Shown here one piece after another: positions 31,845-41,191 of a stretch of 61,021 bases of DNA; within the stretch, counting starts at the first letter, position 1; the number at the start of each line of letters is the position of its first letter. The DNA is taken from NCBI GenBank assembly GCA_036735985.1, contig DAINNH010000004.1, positions 1-61,021 on the forward strand, given 5' to 3'. The notes beneath the pieces were generated by a model. That model made no database searches. It saw only the letters and a list, made by a program, of their open reading frames with translations, and was not told the DNA's origin. Source of the DNA: Candidatus Alectryobacillus sp. GTDB lineage: Bacteria; Bacillota_I; Bacilli_A; RFN20; CAG-826. The position numbers and the translations under genes are program-made.

Positions 31845-34800
31845 TTATAATTTGGTACTATTTAATTTAGAGTTTATTTTTTTTATGAAAGATTCATTAA
31901 TTTTCATATTTTTACGATCAAAAGTCATTATTCCGTTTACTTCATCTTCTATGTCTGTAAATTGAGTATAAATACAACCACATAAACCATTAGGAATAGC
32001 TGGAAAAATTTGTTTTTCAAATAATGACTTATAGCCGAGTGATAATTCATAGTTTGTGTCAAATTTCTTATATCCGTAAGGTTTTTTACCATAGAAACTA
32101 TCATTCAAATACAATGCATATCCGCCAAATTCCGATAATAAAATCGCACGTGTTTTGTCTGGATGTTTTATGTTGATTTTTTTGAAATAAATATGTTTTG
32201 ATACAAAATCACCACACTTTTGATCATACCAGCCAGAGTTAGCATCAACTAAGCGAGTGCTATCACTGCTTAATAATTCCTCATATACTTTTCTAGTATC
32301 AAATTGACCCCAACCTTCATTAAAAATTGTATACATAATGACAGATGGATGATTATAAACAAAATCAACGGTTAAAAGCATATTTTGCATAAACATTAAA
32401 CGTCCATCTACATTCTGGCGACCGAATAAACGATATTTGTTATCTTTAATCTTTAATGGAACAATTGCTGGTGCGCTAATAATAAGTTTATTATAATTCT
32501 CACCACCATTAACAAAATCTTGAATAACCAGAATACCAACTTTATCACAATAGTAATAGAAACGATCATTTTCAACTTTTATATGTAAGCGAATGGTATT
32601 GAATCCTAAATCTTTAATTTTTTGGATATCAAAAAGCATATCTTCATCTTTTTGAGGAGTTAAATTGCCTTTATAATAATAAGCTTGATTCAATACACCA
32701 TTTAAAAATATCATATTATTATTCAAGAAAACTCTACGGATCCCATTCGAATCTTTATCAATTTTTATCTCACGCATTCCAAAATATGTTTCAACTACAT
32801 CGTCTTTAAAAGTAATGGTTGCATAATAAAGATAAGGAGATTCAGGCGACCAAAACATCGGATTTTTAATGCTGACTTCAGTTTCAACATTACTTGGAAT
32901 CGTGGCTTCAAAATCTTTTCCACTGACAATCACATCACCTTTAACATTACATTTAGCGAAAACACCAACAGTTCCTTTTCCAATATGAGGAGTAAATTTA
33001 ACATATTCAATAAATTCTTTAGGAGTTGATTCTAACCAAACGCTTTTATAAATACCGCTCGAAGTGGTGTACCAAATTCCACCGCGATGGACACGTTGTT
33101 TACCAAAAGCGAAATATGATAAATCACTATAATCTGCTACCTTAACAACAATATCAAAACAACCATCACTAATATCATCGGTAATATCAATTTTAAAATC
33201 AGTATAACCAGAATTATGAATCGTCTTTAGGGCTCCATTAATATAAACCGAAGCAATTTGATCGACACCATCAAAATGTAAAAAAACACGGCCTTTATTG
33301 AAACTATTATCAACAGTAAATACTTTATGATAATAAATGAATTCGCCCTCTTTTAAAACAGCGGAAATATTAGATAGTTCTGATTCAATTGCATATGGAA
33401 CAACAATTTTTCGAGTATAGAAATATGGAAGACGATTTTCAGAAGAAATTTCACAATCCCAGATTCCGTTTAATGAGACATAACTATTACGTTTAAATTG
33501 TGGACGAGGATATTCAGGTAATGGATTCTTGCACTCTTTAAGATTTTGAGGATTTGGATGTAAAATTCCGTTGTTATTGCGATCATTCTTACGATTAATT
33601 TTTAAAGCAAAGATAATTGGAATTATAGACAATAAAGCGATAACCGATGCAAAAATAAATAAATAAGGGGTTGGAAGTTTCGTTGTTCCAGAAATAGCAT
33701 CATCATATGTATTTGTGGACATAGAATCAATAATAGCCTTACCAATAAATGGACCTGTACACATTGGTATAGCTACTTGGAAAATCATACGAATTCCTTG
33801 GAAAGAGCCTTCTTCACCGACTGGCGTATAATCACGAATATTTGCATTAATGGCCCCATTTTCGGCCATATAACCAGCCATCATAATAGATCCAACAACA
33901 ATAAATATCGCTACTTGATTTGCACCAACAAAAAACATTGAAAGCAATCCAACTGCAAAAATAAGACAGGATGGAATAAGAGCACGCAATTTTCCAAACT
34001 TATCCATTATAAAGCCAAATAAAACTGAGAATATTGCGCCTAAAATTAAAACACTTCCTAGCGAAATCGAGAACCAAATACCACTAATCTGCAGAGTTTC
34101 TTGAACATAAATCATTAAATAAGGCATAAAAACATTGGTTGCAATACAATAAAATAAATAAACGGAAAGGAGAACATAAAGAATTTTATTTTTCTTTATA
34201 TTTTCAATTTTGAAACCATAAAATAAGTTATTAAAGAACGAACTATGTTCTTCATCAACAACTTTTTCTTCTTTCGGAAGAAGAAAAATCGCAGCGATTC
34301 CTGCACTAAATGTAATACCGCCAATAATATAAAAGAAAATATCCCAGTGAGCTGGAGTAGTAGATGTCGAAACTGTAAGATTATTTAAAATGCCAAAAAC
34401 GAGGAGCATAGCAATAAGAGGGAAGATAGATAATACACCTTCAACCCTACCACGATTTTTGCTATTCGTTGTTTTTGTAACGTAAGCATTAAAACATGCA
34501 TCGTTGGCTGAACTACCAAAGAAAGTCATAATACAATCAAGACTAATAACAAGCAAAGAAGCAATCTTAGCAGCTTCTAAAGCCGAAACAGCAAATTGAG
34601 TTTCTAAAGTATCAACTTTAATAAAGCCAAAAGCTAAAGTCGAAATGCCCCATAAAATATATCCAACAACGATAAAGATTTTCTTTTTACCAACTTTATC
34701 ACTGAATGATCCAACTAATAGCGTTGTAATAACCGCAACAATCGCACTTGCTGCTTCAGTAATTGCGATATATAAAGAATAATCATTCCCAACACCGAAA

Positions 34801-34952
34801 GAAAAAATAAAGGTGTTTAGGTACATATTTTCAATAACCCAAGCAATTTGTCCAATTAAACCAATAACAATGTAAGATAACCACATGCGTGGCTTTATTC
34901 GACTTTCTCTGTCCTTTGATTTATCGTATAGTGCAGCGTTGTCTTTTTTCAT
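31845..34952 (-). CDS. Fusion: MFS sugar transporter + GH2 glycoside hydrolase
   Basis: N-half about 12 TM MFS (GSFSDKVGKK, RGRVEG, GFIMDKFG); C-half PEYPRPQ, LNGIW, LHFDGVDQ, GIYKSVWLE, GFNTIRLH, NHPSV..Y..FNEGW, SEFGG in one uninterrupted frame. Start ATG 34952 from SD AGGAGG (GTG 34958 possible). Confidence 0.88.
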   Translation of the reverse strand: MKKDNAALYDKSKDRESRIKPRMWLSYIVIGLIGQIAWVIENMYLNTFIFSFGVGNDYSLYIAITEAASAIVAVITTLLVGSFSDKVGKKKIFIVVGYILWGISTLAFGFIKVDTLETQFAVSALEAAKIASLLVISLDCIMTFFGSSANDACFNAYVTKTTNSKNRGRVEGVLSIFPLIAMLLVFGILNNLTVSTSTTPAHWDIFFYIIGGITFSAGIAAIFLLPKEEKVVDEEHSSFFNNLFYGFKIENIKKNKILYVLLSVYLFYCIATNVFMPYLMIYVQETLQISGIWFSISLGSVLILGAIFSVLFGFIMDKFGKLRALIPSCLIFAVGLLSMFFVGANQVAIFIVVGSIMMAGYMAENGAINANIRDYTPVGEEGSFQGIRMIFQVAIPMCTGPFIGKAIIDSMSTNTYDDAISGTTKLPTPYLFIFASVIALLSIIPIIFALKINRKNDRNNNGILHPNPQNLKECKNPLPEYPRPQFKRNSYVSLNGIWDCEISSENRLPYFYTRKIVVPYAIESELSNISAVLKEGEFIYYHKVFTVDNSFNKGRVFLHFDGVDQIASVYINGALKTIHNSGYTDFKIDITDDISDGCFDIVVKVADYSDLSYFAFGKQRVHRGGIWYTTSSGIYKSVWLESTPKEFIEYVKFTPHIGKGTVGVFAKCNVKGDVIVSGKDFEATIPSNVETEVSIKNPMFWSPESPYLYYATITFKDDVVETYFGMREIKIDKDSNGIRRVFLNNNMIFLNGVLNQAYYYKGNLTPQKDEDMLFDIQKIKDLGFNTIRLHIKVENDRFYYYCDKVGILVIQDFVNGGENYNKLIISAPAIVPLKIKDNKYRLFGRQNVDGRLMFMQNMLLTVDFVYNHPSVIMYTIFNEGWGQFDTRKVYEELLSSDSTRLVDANSGWYDQKCGDFVSKHIYFKKINIKHPDKTRAILLSEFGGYALYLNDSFYGKKPYGYKKFDTNYELSLGYKSLFEKQIFPAIPNGLCGCIYTQFTDIEDEVNGIMTFDRKNMKINESFIKKINSKLNSTKL

Positions 34953-34976
34953 AATCACAACCTCCTAATATATAAA

Positions 34977-35624
34977 TTAAATATTAAAAATATTAATAAT
35001 ATCGGTAAGAGAGTCAATAATAATCGATTTAGTTTTTTCTTCTAATAATTTACGCGAATTATGCCCATGGCAATATGATACGGCTTTAAATCCTAATTCT
35101 TTAGCTACTTCATAATCATGGATTGTATCCCCAATCATTATCGTTTCATCTTTATTAATAGGATGTTTCAAGAAGTATTCCTTGCCAGAATCAACTTTTG
35201 ATCCAGCAAATTTATTGTCAAAAGCAATGATGTCATCGAATTCTTCTAAAATTCCATAGCTACTTAATTGAGCTGTAATTAATGGACGATATGAAGCAGT
35301 TAAAATAACAACATGGATACCCTTTTTATGAAGATAATCTAAAAGTTCTTTAACATGAGGCGAAAGCTTACACTCTTCATTATGTGAACTATAGTAAGCA
35401 ATAAAATAATCAGAAACAAGAGAATAATTTATTTTAGTAAAATCAAACCCTATTTTTTCATAGTACGGGCGGACAGGAAAAGAGAAAGTATCCAGGTAGT
35501 ACTCTTTAGTAATTATATTATTAGGGTTAATGAATTTCTCCACGCAAGCATTCAAAGCTTCAAAAGACACATCGACATCATCAAGGATGGTGCCGTTAAA
35601 ATCAAAAACGATGTTTTTAATCAT
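34977..35624 (-). CDS. HAD-family hydrolase (phosphoglycolate phosphatase-like)
   Basis: FDFNGTILDD motif I, LTAS motif II, K, IGDTIHD motif IV. Confidence 0.85.
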   Translation of the reverse strand: MIKNIVFDFNGTILDDVDVSFEALNACVEKFINPNNIITKEYYLDTFSFPVRPYYEKIGFDFTKINYSLVSDYFIAYYSSHNEECKLSPHVKELLDYLHKKGIHVVILTASYRPLITAQLSSYGILEEFDDIIAFDNKFAGSKVDSGKEYFLKHPINKDETIMIGDTIHDYEVAKELGFKAVSYCHGHNSRKLLEEKTKSIIIDSLTDIINIFNI

Positions 35625-35629
35625 GTAAA

Positions 35630-35887
35630 TTAAGCTTTACGAATTTTGCCTTTTTTAGAATGTAACACAAAACCGCGATCATTTTTTTCACCAAGCTCTT
35701 TAGCATAATCTTGAGCTTCTTTTTGAGTGCGGAAGAGTTTAATAGCTTTAGCACCATTTGCAAGTTTTACTTCCCAAGCTGTCTTATCAGCATTTTGAGT
35801 AACGTGATAGCAGTTGATAACTTTTTTCTCTTTTGCAGGTGCTTCTTCTTTGGTTGCAGGTTTTGCAGTTACTTTTTTCTTTTCCAT
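35630..35887 (-). CDS. DUF2188-like small protein
   Basis: YHV...WEVK..G..A...F.TQKEA...AK.......LH...GKIR pattern. Confidence 0.75.
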   Translation of the reverse strand: MEKKKVTAKPATKEEAPAKEKKVINCYHVTQNADKTAWEVKLANGAKAIKLFRTQKEAQDYAKELGEKNDRGFVLHSKKGKIRKA

Positions 35888-35895
35888 TTTGTTCT

Positions 35896-38688
35896 CTATT
35901 CTCCTTTTCTGTTAAGTTCTTCCTTAACAATATTTCTAAAAGTAGTTTCGTCTACTTTTTTAGAACCAACTTTCTTACTTCTATTATATAACCATTTAAA
36001 GAAAATTATAATCTCGTGAATTATAAGAGGAATCATCGATACTAACACAAGATCGATCCATTGACGCCAATCGAGGTGTGTGCAATTGAAAATTTCATTA
36101 AAGGCATCAACTTCTGTTAATAAAACAGGGAAAATAAACGCAAAGATAAATGAAACGAGGAATAAATAATTACGTCCTTTAAATACTCTAAAGGCACTCT
36201 TCTTAATATTAGACATATTGAGCATATGGAATAATTCCGATAATCCAAGAACAACAAAGGCACATGTTTCAGATTCACGTAACAAAACTGGATCACTATT
36301 AAGAATGCTAATAATGGCATTTAAATCAAAACCAACACGTTGGACAGGATAGAATAAGAAAGCTAATAAGGTAATTAAACCAATAATTGTTCCATAGAAG
36401 AATAAGGTAAAATAACCACCATTTGCAAATAATCCTTCCTTTGGATCACGTGGTTTTTGCTTCATAATATCTGGATCTTTACGATCACTGCCTAAAGCAA
36501 TAGCTGGAAGTGAATCAGTAATTAAGTTAACAAATAAAATATGAATAGCTGCTAAAGGTGAAGGTAATCCTAAACAAACAGCCACGACCATGCAAATAAC
36601 TTCACCAATATTACTTGATAATAAGAATAAAATAGTCTTTTTAATGTTCTCATAAATACCACGGCCCTCTTCCACTGCTTTTTCAATGGAAGCAAAGTTA
36701 TCATCGCTAAGAACCATATCAGCGGCACCTTTCGCCACATCGGTTCCTGTAATACCCATCGCAATACCGATATCAGCACTCTTTAAAGAAGGAGCATCAT
36801 TAACACCATCACCGGTCATCGCTACAATATTGCCATTAGCTTTAAAGGCTTTAACAATTGAAACTTTATTTTCTGGAGAAACACGAGCATAAACACGAGT
36901 TGTTTTAACTTTCTCTCTTAATTCGTCAAACGATAAACTATTAATTTCATCGCCTGACATACATTGGTTTAAAGATTCAACAATACCTAATTCTTTAGCA
37001 ATAGCAAAAGCTGTATCTTTATGGTCGCCTGTAATCATTACAGTCTTAATTGAAGCATTCTTAAAGGCTTTAATAGCAGGTTTAGCTTCTTCACGAGGAG
37101 GATCAACCATGCCTACAAGACCATAAAATACTAAATCTTCTTCCTTTAACACTTTGTTACTAGAAAATGCCAAAGCTAAGACACGAAGGGCTTTAGCTGA
37201 CATTTCAGCTGCAGCACGATTTATATCTTCGACATCCTTATTTGTAATAGGGACAATCTTGCCTTTTTTATAAATAGAGGTTGTATGTTTTAAAATTTGA
37301 TCCATCGCACCCTTAGTGTAGTTGAGAAATTCTTTATCACTAATAGAGTGTTGAGTTGACATCATTTTACGAACACTATCAAATGGTAATTCATTTAAAC
37401 GAGGCGTTTTATGTTCAAGCACTGACTTTTTATTACCATATAAATTTGCAAATTCAACTAATGCAATTTCAGTAGGATCGCCATACGATTTATCATGTTC
37501 AATTGAAGCATTTGAACATAAGCAAAGACCATTTGCTAAATATTCAAGAACATCTTTATTTTCATTAAAAAAGGTTTTACTTACTTTTCTACCATCAGCA
37601 TAGGCTTCAACAACAGTCATTTTATTTTGGGTTAAAGTGCCAGTTTTATCAGAACAGACAACAGTAACAGCTCCTAATGTTTCAACACTAGGAAGTTTAC
37701 GAACAATAGTATTTGCCTTAACCATTCGTTGAACGCCCAAAGATAAAACAATGGTAACAACAGCAGGTAACCCTTCAGGAACGGCAGCAACAGCTAAAGA
37801 AATAGCTGTAATAAACATTGTAATAACACTAGTTAACATATTCTTCGATTGTAAATAAGCTTGAAGAATAGCAATAATAAAGAATAAGATAACTAAACCA
37901 ATAGTTATAAATCCTAATAATTTTGATAAACTAGCCAATTTCTTTTGAAGTGGTGTGCTTTCATCTTCGTTTGAAGTAAGCATGGTAGCAATACGTCCAA
38001 TTTCTGTATTCATACCAGTTGATATGGCAACGGCTTCACCATGTCCATAAGCAATAGGCGTAGACATATAAGCTAGATTAACACGATCACCAATGCCAAC
38101 TTCTTCAGACAAAACAACTTTGGCATCCTTTTCAACAGGAACAGATTCGCCTGTTAAAGATGATTCATCAGCTTTTAAATTAACACTAGTAATTAAACGG
38201 CAATCGGCAGGGATTTGGTTACCTTCTTCAAGAATTAAAACATCACCTGGAACTACTTCTTCGGCGGGAATGGTTTTAATATCGCCATTTCTTCTTACAA
38301 TAGCAGTAGGTGCGGCTAATTTCTTTAAAGCATCTAATGATTTTTCAGCTTTAATTTCTTGAATCGTTCCTATTGTTGCGTTCATAATAACAACAATTAA
38401 AATAACGATAGGATCAGCATAATCAATTGTAGCTACGCTCCAAACGTTTGTTGCTGGATTGTAAAATGAAACTACAAAAGAGATGATGGCGGCAGCAAAA
38501 AGAATATAAATCATAGGATCATTCATTTCACCTAAAAAGATGCGAATCCAAGATTTTTTCTTTTTCTCTGTCAGTTTATTGAGACCGTATTTTTGACGTC
38601 TCTTTAATACTTCTTCTTCGCTTAGACCATTATTAAAATTGGTCTCTAGCTCAGTCAACACTTCTTGACAGCTTTTGTTCTCGTACAT
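35896..38688 (-). CDS. P2A-type cation (Ca2+/Mn2+) transporting P-type ATPase (YoaB/YloB-like)
   Basis: ESSLTGES, AVAAVPEGL, DKTGTLT, KGA, MITGDH, ARVSPE, MTGDGVNDAP; preceded by a Mn2+ riboswitch. Confidence 0.93.
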   Translation of the reverse strand: MYENKSCQEVLTELETNFNNGLSEEEVLKRRQKYGLNKLTEKKKKSWIRIFLGEMNDPMIYILFAAAIISFVVSFYNPATNVWSVATIDYADPIVILIVVIMNATIGTIQEIKAEKSLDALKKLAAPTAIVRRNGDIKTIPAEEVVPGDVLILEEGNQIPADCRLITSVNLKADESSLTGESVPVEKDAKVVLSEEVGIGDRVNLAYMSTPIAYGHGEAVAISTGMNTEIGRIATMLTSNEDESTPLQKKLASLSKLLGFITIGLVILFFIIAILQAYLQSKNMLTSVITMFITAISLAVAAVPEGLPAVVTIVLSLGVQRMVKANTIVRKLPSVETLGAVTVVCSDKTGTLTQNKMTVVEAYADGRKVSKTFFNENKDVLEYLANGLCLCSNASIEHDKSYGDPTEIALVEFANLYGNKKSVLEHKTPRLNELPFDSVRKMMSTQHSISDKEFLNYTKGAMDQILKHTTSIYKKGKIVPITNKDVEDINRAAAEMSAKALRVLALAFSSNKVLKEEDLVFYGLVGMVDPPREEAKPAIKAFKNASIKTVMITGDHKDTAFAIAKELGIVESLNQCMSGDEINSLSFDELREKVKTTRVYARVSPENKVSIVKAFKANGNIVAMTGDGVNDAPSLKSADIGIAMGITGTDVAKGAADMVLSDDNFASIEKAVEEGRGIYENIKKTILFLLSSNIGEVICMVVAVCLGLPSPLAAIHILFVNLITDSLPAIALGSDRKDPDIMKQKPRDPKEGLFANGGYFTLFFYGTIIGLITLLAFLFYPVQRVGFDLNAIISILNSDPVLLRESETCAFVVLGLSELFHMLNMSNIKKSAFRVFKGRNYLFLVSFIFAFIFPVLLTEVDAFNEIFNCTHLDWRQWIDLVLVSMIPLIIHEIIIFFKWLYNRSKKVGSKKVDETTFRNIVKEELNRKGE

Positions 38689-38707
38689 AACAAAACTCCT
38701 TAATTAT

Positions 38708-38793
38708 TTTTGGTCTTGCTTATACATAAATGTATATAATTGCCCTGGTTGTTAACCGTGTTGTAGAGCAAAAATAGAGAGCTACTCCCCAAA
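38708..38793 (-). ncRNA. yybP-ykoY manganese riboswitch
   Basis: TTTGGGGAGTAGC...P3 TTGCTCT/AGGGCAA with CAACAC loop, P4 TATACAT/ATGTATA, AGCAAGACC; TATAAT just upstream; classic P-type ATPase context. Confidence 0.85.
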
Positions 38794-38849
38794 TCCTTAT
38801 TATTATACTAGAATTTAAAACATTTAACTTATTTTTTTAATAAATAATA

Positions 38850-40346
38850 TTATTTATTAAGTATCTTTGTATATGAAAGAGACAATGATGTGTCAATTTT
38901 GCTGCAGATTGTCATTTTTTGAGATTTTAGGTGATTAAAAGCTAAATTTGTTAAAACCATTTTTCCATCATTAATAAAGATTTCAATAGTGCTAACATCT
39001 AAATAAATATCCAAGCGAAGTATATTGGATGTAAATTTAGGCAATTGAATCATTTTACGATTACAACTATTTGGATCTTTCAAATCATTGGAAATAAACT
39101 TGTAATAAGTTTTGCTTCTATCTATTATTAAAGAATTAGAATTAACGTCAACGAAGATTTCAAAATACATTTCATCAGTTTTAAATAACTTAATTAAGTA
39201 TTGTTGTGAAGCAATCATTTTTAACGGAACAGTGATCAAGCAAGAGGAATCTGTTACAACATCAATGTCACAATCAAACTTTGTGATTGAATAATCTGTC
39301 ACAATGCTCTTCTTCATGAATTTTGTTAAGGTTTGGTAGGGTTTTTGTCTAATTTCGTCATTTTCATCGATCATCAATTCGCGTGGAAGCGAAAAACATC
39401 CACCCCATCCAAGATTTAAAGTACTATAAATATTCGCATGATTTTGTGAATTAACACTACCAATCATGAATATTTTTTCATTTTTATCTGCAATTGAAGG
39501 TGAACAAAAATCGAATCCATAATCCAAAATATGAATATCATTATTTGACAACTCTATATCATGTGGTTTAAAGCTTACAATAGTATAAAACGTCGCAAAT
39601 CCCCCATTATTTTCAAAGAATTTGCTATCAACTCCACATGCGTTAAAGATTAAAAGCAACCGACCATCTTTTAATAAAAGAGCATTAATGTGTTCGAAAT
39701 AATTTCCCATTGTTTTTTTGCCGAATATTCTCTTAAAAACCTTCCAATCCTTAAGATTTTTGCTAAAATACACCACAATTAAAGGGCTATTATGATGTGA
39801 AGTGCCAACCAATAGAAGATAACCACCATTATAAAGAATAATAGATGGGTTCTTAAATTCGGACTGATCTGCTTTTAAATAAAAGCCTTCACTTCTGCAA
39901 ACAGGATTAAATCCCACTTTGCCAAATATGCTTAAACTATCATCGCTAACTGCATAGCATTGTCCTTGAATAGGTTTTTTAGCATCGCCGCTAAAACCCG
40001 TATAAAACAAGAAAATACGATTGTCTTCATAAAAGCAATCACCGGCTAAGCATCCAGCAAAGTCATAATCTCTATCTGGAGCTAGAATTATTTCATTACT
40101 ATTAAATGTAATTAAGTCCATGCTTGTCACATGATTTATATAGCTATGATCAAAAGACAAGGAATATGGATTAGATTCAAAAAATAAATGAAATTTATTA
40201 TTAACAATGCATAAGCCAAAAGGATTATTAATCATTCCAAAAGATGAAGAAAAATGATAATTAGGCTTAAAAAGCTTACTAAGATTTTTCTTATTTTCAC
40301 TAATAAAAGAATTGGCGGCATCAATCGTGTATTTAGTATTTTCCAT
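38850..40346 (-). CDS. GH32 beta-fructofuranosidase-like protein, catalytic motifs degenerate
   Basis: GH32 order of motifs (FHLFFE, HVTS.DL, LFYTG, D.G.DF..P, GCFSLPREL, LDIYLDVSTIEIFINDG) but NDPNG is NNPFG and RDP is KNP. Confidence 0.8.
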   Translation of the reverse strand: MENTKYTIDAANSFISENKKNLSKLFKPNYHFSSSFGMINNPFGLCIVNNKFHLFFESNPYSLSFDHSYINHVTSMDLITFNSNEIILAPDRDYDFAGCLAGDCFYEDNRIFLFYTGFSGDAKKPIQGQCYAVSDDSLSIFGKVGFNPVCRSEGFYLKADQSEFKNPSIILYNGGYLLLVGTSHHNSPLIVVYFSKNLKDWKVFKRIFGKKTMGNYFEHINALLLKDGRLLLIFNACGVDSKFFENNGGFATFYTIVSFKPHDIELSNNDIHILDYGFDFCSPSIADKNEKIFMIGSVNSQNHANIYSTLNLGWGGCFSLPRELMIDENDEIRQKPYQTLTKFMKKSIVTDYSITKFDCDIDVVTDSSCLITVPLKMIASQQYLIKLFKTDEMYFEIFVDVNSNSLIIDRSKTYYKFISNDLKDPNSCNRKMIQLPKFTSNILRLDIYLDVSTIEIFINDGKMVLTNLAFNHLKSQKMTICSKIDTSLSLSYTKILNK

Positions 40347-40408
40347 GTACTTATTTTAGTACATTTTTATATTTATTTAAATAAGTGTTTATTATACAAT
40401 TTACTTAT

Positions 40409-41191
40409 ATGGAAAATAATTATTTGTTACAAGTAAAAAACGTTAGTAAGACGTTTAAAATTTCAAAAAAACAACAAAAATTAAATTTTCAAAATGAAAA
40501 TTTTATTATTGCAGTTAATAACGTTAGTTTTAATTTAATTCGCGGTGAGATTTATGGTCTTTTAGGACCAAATGGAGCCGGTAAAACCACTACTTTACGT
40601 ATGATTGCTACTCTAATCCATCCAGATAAAGGAGATATTGTTTTAGATGATATTTCTTATAAAGATGATATTGCAAAAATTCGTAATAGAATTGGTTTTT
40701 TAACTAGTGAGTTAAAACTCGAAGATTATTTTACTCCAAATTATCTTTTTGATTTTTTTGCAGAACTTCATCATATAGATAAAGTCGAAGCTGCAAAACG
40801 TAAAGAAAGTCTTTTTAGAAAATTTGGTATTGATAAATTTCAAGAAGTGAAGGTTGCCAATCTTTCAACTGGCATGAAGCAAAAATTATCAATTGTTATT
40901 TCTATTTTACATGATCCAGAATTAATTATTTTTGATGAACCAACGAATGGTCTTGATGTTATTACCGCGAAAGTTGTAACAGATTATCTTTTGGAACTAA
41001 AATCGATGGGCAAAACTATTATTATTTCAACCCACATCTTTGAGTTAGCCGAAAAGCTTTCTGATCGCATTGGTATTATTATTAAAGGCAAACTTGTTGA
41101 AGAAGGCACAATTAAAGAATTAACTAAAGACAAATCCTTAGAAGATCATTTCTTTGATTTGTATTCCAAGGAGGTTGGTGATAATGAGTAA
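40409..41191 (+). CDS. ABC transporter ATPase (NatA-like)
   Basis: GPNGAGKTTTLRMI, LSTGMKQK, FDEPTNGLD, STH. Start ATG 40409 preferred over GTG 40385. Confidence 0.9.
   Translation: MENNYLLQVKNVSKTFKISKKQQKLNFQNENFIIAVNNVSFNLIRGEIYGLLGPNGAGKTTTLRMIATLIHPDKGDIVLDDISYKDDIAKIRNRIGFLTSELKLEDYFTPNYLFDFFAELHHIDKVEAAKRKESLFRKFGIDKFQEVKVANLSTGMKQKLSIVISILHDPELIIFDEPTNGLDVITAKVVTDYLLELKSMGKTIIISTHIFELAEKLSDRIGIIIKGKLVEEGTIKELTKDKSLEDHFFDLYSKEVGDNE

Noticed and set aside
34977-35624. HAD motif I reads DFNGT rather than DxDGT
   Set aside because: DxNGT is a known natural HAD variant, so it is not evidence of inactivation.
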